Below the pieces are notes generated by a model. The model had not been told where the DNA came from, made no database searches, and saw nothing but the letters and a program-made list of their open reading frames with translations. Position numbers and translations under genes: made by a program. 21,040 bases of DNA from Chiloscyllium plagiosum (Eukaryota): contig NC_057750.1 of NCBI RefSeq assembly GCF_004010195.1, forward strand, positions 8,222,084 through 8,243,123. Direction: 5' to 3'. This document shows, piece by piece, positions 19,400-21,040 of this stretch; the stretch's first letter is position 1, and each line of letters starts with the position of its first letter.

Positions 19400-19455
19400 A
19401 AGCATCTGTGGAGAGAGAAGCAGAGTTTCAAATCCTGTAAGACTTCTTCAGAAGT
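19400..19455 (-). mobile_element. Older Penelope-like terminal fragment
   Basis: agcatctgtggagagagaagcagagtttcaaatcc..gacttcttcagaa, containing antisense CTGAAGA. Confidence 0.6.
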
Positions 19456-19459
19456 ATAA

Positions 19460-19669
19460 AATCAACGAGGTAAAAACAATGACTGCAGACGCTGGAAACC
19501 AGATTCTGGATTAGTGGTGCTGGAAGGGCACAGCAGTTCAGGCAGCATCCAAGGAGCAGCAAAATCGACGTTTCAGGCAAAAGCCCTTCATTTTGCCCGA
19601 AACGTTGATTTCGCTGCTCCTTGGATGCTGCCTGAACTGCTATGCTCTTCCAGCACCACTAATCCAGAA
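19460..19669. mobile_element. Fold-back Penelope-like terminal-repeat insertion
   Basis: 80-bp inverted arms 19503-19582 and 19591-19670 (5 mismatches by eye), 8-nt spacer; 16-bp TSD TTCTTCAGAAGTATAA at 19444-19459 and 19670-19685. Confidence 0.88.
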
Positions 19670-19844
19670 TTCTTCAGAAGTATAACTAATCCAGCCCATT
19701 TACCATGGTAGTGTGGCTAGATAACATGGTGGAATGATTCATCAGCAATGAGGACCTATACTCCTTTTCACAGCCAACATTTACACCTATCATGCATTTC
19801 TATCACTCCTTTATCACCATTATCACTGCCTTTGCCTTTTTTTT

Positions 19845-19884
19845 AGATTAGATTCCCTACAGTGTGGAAACAGATCATTTGGCC
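19845..19884 (-). mobile_element. HE1/HER1-type tail cut by the CR1 insertion
   Basis: agattagattccctacagtgtggaaacag matches the tails at 6373 and 14914. Confidence 0.7.
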
Positions 19885-21040
19885 ATAAGACCATAAGACC
19901 ATAAGACATAGGAGTGGAAGTAAGGCCATTCGGCCCATCAAGTCCACTCCGCCATTCAATCATGGCTGATGCGCATTTCAGCTCCACTTACCAGCGTTCT
20001 CCCCGTAGCCCTTAATTCCTCGAGACAACAAGAATCTATCAATCTCGGCCTTGAAGACATTTAGCATCCCGGCTTCCACTGCACTCCGTGGCAATGAATT
20101 CCACAGGCCCACCACTCTCTGGCTGAAGAAATGTCTCCGCATTTCTGTTCTGAAATGACCCCCTCTAATTCTAAGGCTGTGTCCACGGGTCCTAGTCTCC
20201 TCGTCTAACGGAAACAATTTCCGAGCATCCACCTTTTCCAAGCCATGTATTATTTTGTACGTCTCTATTAAGTCTCCCCTTAATCTTCTAAACTCCAACG
20301 AATACAATCCCAGTATCCTCAGCCGTTCCTCATATGTTAGACCTGTCATTCCAGGGATCATCCGTGTGAATCTCCGCTGGACACGTACCAGTGCCAGTAT
20401 GTCCTTCCTGAGGTGTGGGGACCAAAACTGGACACAGTACTCCAAATGGGGCCTAACCAGAGCTTTATAAAGTCTTAGTAGTACATCTCTGCTTTTATAT
20501 TCCAACCCTCTTGAGATAAGAGACAACATTGCATTCGCTTTCTTAATCACGGACTCAACCTGCATGTTTACCTTTAGAGAATCCTCGACTAGCACTCCCA
20601 GATCCCTTTGTGCTTTGGAGCACTCCCAGATCCCTTTGTGCTTTGGAGCACTCCCAGATCCCTTTGTGCTTTGGAGCACTCCCAGATCCCTTTGTGCTTT
20701 GGAGCACTCCCAGATCCCTTTGTGCTTTGGAGCACTCCCAGATCCCTTTGTGCTTTGGAGCACTCCCAGATCCCTTTGTGCTTTAGCTTTATTAATTTTC
20801 TCACCATTTAGAAAGCTTTTATTCTTTTTGCCAAAGTGCAAGAACTCGTACTTGCTCACGTTAAATTCCATCAGCCACTTCCTGGACCACTCTCCCAACC
20901 TGTCAAGATCCTTCTGCAGCCTCCCCACTTCCTCAGTACTACCTGCCTGTCCACCTAACTTCGTACCATCGGCAAACTTCGCTAGAATGCCCCCGGCTCC
21001 CTCATCCAAATCATTAATATATAATGCGAACAGCTGTGAC
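19883..21040 (-). mobile_element. Young CR1 LINE; RT/C-terminal frame open to the window edge
   Basis: ORF 21009-19978 (extends upstream as LFALYINDLDE): KFADGTKLGG, LQKDLDRLGEW, LVRPHLEYCVQFWSP; (CCATAAGA)3 tail at 19883-19906; FADD altered to FADG. Confidence 0.95.
20591..20786. repeat. Tandem repeat, 7 x 28 bp, inside CR1 RT
   Basis: AGCACTCCCAGATCCCTTTGTGCTTTGG x6 identical, seventh ending AG; no spacers. Confidence 0.97.

Noticed and set aside
20591..20786. 28-bp repeats as a CRISPR array
   Set aside because: Units are head-to-tail with no spacers, derive from CR1 coding sequence, and the context is eukaryotic with no cas genes

Overview
Repeat-rich, non-coding vertebrate DNA, almost certainly from a shark. 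The HE1-type V-SINEs, SacSINE1-like DeuSINEs and CR1/L2/Penelope variants fit an elasmobranch; a bamboo shark (Chiloscyllium) is my guess, by inference only. I recognise no host protein-coding gene. The long ORFs are CR1 reverse-transcriptase fragments or artefacts of a 641-nt N gap (10418-11058). Well over half the window is retroelement debris: about 9 CR1 pieces, 5 L2 remnants, 3 tRNA-SINE families and about 9 Penelope-like (PLE) terminal-repeat fragments, often nested. The best leads are: (i) minimal hammerhead-ribozyme motifs in short PLE insertions, one fully canonical (13700-13734), with insertion or fold-back boundaries repeatedly at the ribozyme and clear target-site duplications; (ii) a 7x28-bp tandem expansion that keeps a CR1 RT frame open; (iii) a three-level nested insertion stack; (iv) a local 150-bp templated duplication; (v) convergent CTCF-like sites. 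Family names come from recalled consensus resemblance, not database searches, and boundaries of old repeats are approximate.
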